Below are positions 45,780 to 47,406 of a stretch of 47,406 nt of DNA, piece after piece. Under the pieces are notes generated by a model. The model made no database searches and was not told the origin of the DNA. It saw nothing but the letters and a program-made list of their open reading frames with translations. The stretch lies in the IMG/VR virus record IMGVR_UViG_3300024951_000014, positions 1 through 47,406 of that record. One strand, given 5' to 3'. Every line of letters begins with the position of its first letter. The first letter of the stretch is position 1. This DNA comes from a virus (lineage: Duplodnaviria; Caudoviricetes). The translations under genes and the position numbers were made by a program.

Positions 45780-45989
45780 TCACTTGCCGCTTTTGTCAGC
45801 AGGCTGATTCGCCTTGCGTCGATCAGCGCCGGAAGGGTTGCCGGTGTCAACGAGCCTTCTTTCTCGCAATATATTTTGCAATGCCTGACGAGCTGCCGGA
45901 TCAAGCTGATGTTCTCTTGCTTTGAGCTCCAGCAAGATCGGGCTGGACCAGCGGCAGTATTCTTCTTCCGCCTCACGGATCGTCGTCAT
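45780..45989 (-). CDS. Hypothetical protein
   Basis: Strong AAGGAGGAG RBS. Confidence 0.55.
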   Translation of the reverse strand: MTTIREAEEEYCRWSSPILLELKAREHQLDPAARQALQNILRERRLVDTGNPSGADRRKANQPADKSGK

Positions 45990-46252
45990 TTACTCCTCCT
46001 TGATCAGGCGCCTGCCCACATCGTCGGGGCAGAATCGATGCGATAGAAACCCTAGCTGAGGAAAACGCTTATCGCCAAAAATGAAATGGCATACAGCGCT
46101 ATGGAAGTTATCGTCGAATAATCTATTCGGCTGATCTCAACCCCAGACACCCGTAGCCACCGTGCGGCGAACAGCGTGAAATCGCCGAAACGAGAAATCA
46201 TGGGGCCGGCGGCCGGGCCGAGTGAATGTGCTTCAACCGCCGAACCTGTCAG

Positions 46253-46537
46253 TTAAACGAATGGTTGACCGCTAAAACCACGGGGCAACCGTTGCAGCCC
46301 GGCCATGGCGGTAAGTCGCTCGACCCATGCTGCGCGCCAGTCATTGGCGGCGTGAGTGGCTTTGGCTTTGCGTGCGGCGCGGCGTGCCGCGTTGCGTTGG
46401 TCTTTGCGTGCATCCTTGTATGCATCGGTGTTTCGGCAACTTCTGCATTTCACTCGGTTCAGTTCAGTGGTTGAGGTGAGCTTGCTGCCTTTGTGGCCGC
46501 AGGCCAGATGCCCGGCAACTTTGAAGTGAGTAACCAT
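46253..46537 (-). CDS. Hypothetical basic protein with H/C motif (HLACG, CRSC)
   Basis: AAGGAGG RBS; 94 aa. Confidence 0.65.
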   Translation of the reverse strand: MVTHFKVAGHLACGHKGSKLTSTTELNRVKCRSCRNTDAYKDARKDQRNAARRAARKAKATHAANDWRAAWVERLTAMAGLQRLPRGFSGQPFV

Positions 46538-46708
46538 CAGACGCCTCCTTCGTGACGTGTGACCGTTTGACCTCTCGCGAGTGATGACGTTCGTTGAGTG
46601 CAGGCGAGCAAAAAGAAGGCCCGCATGCGGGCGGGCCAAGGGATATTTCAAAAGGAGTAGGGCTACAGTAAGGCGTGAGTTGTGAAGGCTGTGTGAAATG
46701 ACCGGGCA

Positions 46709-46737
46709 AAAAAAATCCCGGTACAGGGCCGGGTTTG
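46709..46737 (-). terminator. Intrinsic terminator
   Basis: Minus-strand CCCGG hairpin followed by a T-rich tail. Confidence 0.5.
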
Positions 46738-46838
46738 GGATTCAGCGGCAGGTGATCAGGCAAGGACGCACCCGGTGACGATCATCGTCGCCGTTCATGC
46801 GTCCTGGCCGTGCGCTCGTGTCCGGAGTCCAGATCGAA

Positions 46839-47069
46839 TCATCTGAACCGCGGCAGCGGCGGCTCGACAGGTTTGAGCGAAGACAGCGTGTTACGAATCA
46901 GCGGCGTGTCCTTCTCGATGTCGTTCAGGCGATCACGAATCCTGAGGGCAGTCGGGTGCCCGCCTTGATGATCGACCCAGTCGGCGATTTCCTTGCACGC
47001 CGCGGCCAAGCGAACCTGGCGCGAGTCGAGCAGGGTGAGCAGGGTGGTGATGGACTCTTTTTCGGACAT
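46839..47069 (-). CDS. Small hypothetical protein
   Basis: GGAGG RBS; helical, 76 aa. Confidence 0.65.
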   Translation of the reverse strand: MSEKESITTLLTLLDSRQVRLAAACKEIADWVDHQGGHPTALRIRDRLNDIEKDTPLIRNTLSSLKPVEPPLPRFR

Positions 47070-47184
47070 GGCAAACACCTCCGTTCAAGAAACCTGGCAG
47101 TGGCAGCAAAAAGCCCGCTAGGAGCGAGCTTTCTGCCGATGGGTTCGCTGTTCCCTCAGCCATTTTTCAGTATAGACCCGGACT

Positions 47185-47406
47185 TCAGCCTTGTCGGGCC
47201 ACCACTTGCGATCGGGCATTGAGTTGATCGCACGCGCGTTGGGCTTTTTCTTCAAGATCGTAGCCGTCACCGATGTAGCCGTTAGTCCGGGTATCGGTGA
47301 TGCGATACCAAACGGCGGCTTCAGGTGGCTGATGTTGGTCTTCGCCGGCTCGGCGGCCATAAACGATGATCTTGTTGCAACGCTTAACAACGTAAATGTC
47401 GTCCAT
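47185..47406 (-). CDS. Hypothetical protein (start at window edge)
   Basis: 73-aa ORF. Confidence 0.55.
   Translation of the reverse strand: MDDIYVVKRCNKIIVYGRRAGEDQHQPPEAAVWYRITDTRTNGYIGDGYDLEEKAQRACDQLNARSQVVARQG

Overview
A Pseudomonas-type chromosomal window dominated by an apparently complete temperate prophage (core 1834-36964). It has a tyrosine integrase/DUF4224 excisionase, a leftward early operon, a cI/cro/cII switch, a Toprim-VapE primase-helicase, a lambda-like cos/terminase/head module, a P2-like contractile tail and a holin/GH19 endolysin/Rz-Rz1 lysis system. The element appears inserted in tRNA-Cys: a 48-nt 3' tRNA-Cys duplication at 44894-44941 lies just before an intact tRNA-Leu(TAA), and the left att is outside the window. 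Cargo includes a C5-MTase plus endonuclease pair at the left edge and an AT-rich ncRNA-SLATT-reverse transcriptase cassette (DRT10/UG17-like antiphage system) between cI and oL/pL, the slot lambda uses for rexAB. The right end is an accessory stack (ASCH-like, NUDIX, SBP, DJ-1/PfpI, LysR, M15-peptidase lipoprotein). Most notable non-coding signals: a structured ncRNA with three tetraloop hairpins upstream of SLATT-RT; 24-bp recombinase-like sites joined by 10-bp TCGCGA linkers that delimit the right-end genes as oriented cassettes; six CCACCAC-loop hairpins on the early transcripts; a mirror-symmetric array of ten CTGTCCTAC-type repeats (likely origin); a C5-MTase split over two fully overlapping frames; and relic att sites (dusA, tRNA-Cys). 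All family calls come from motif recognition by eye, not database searches.
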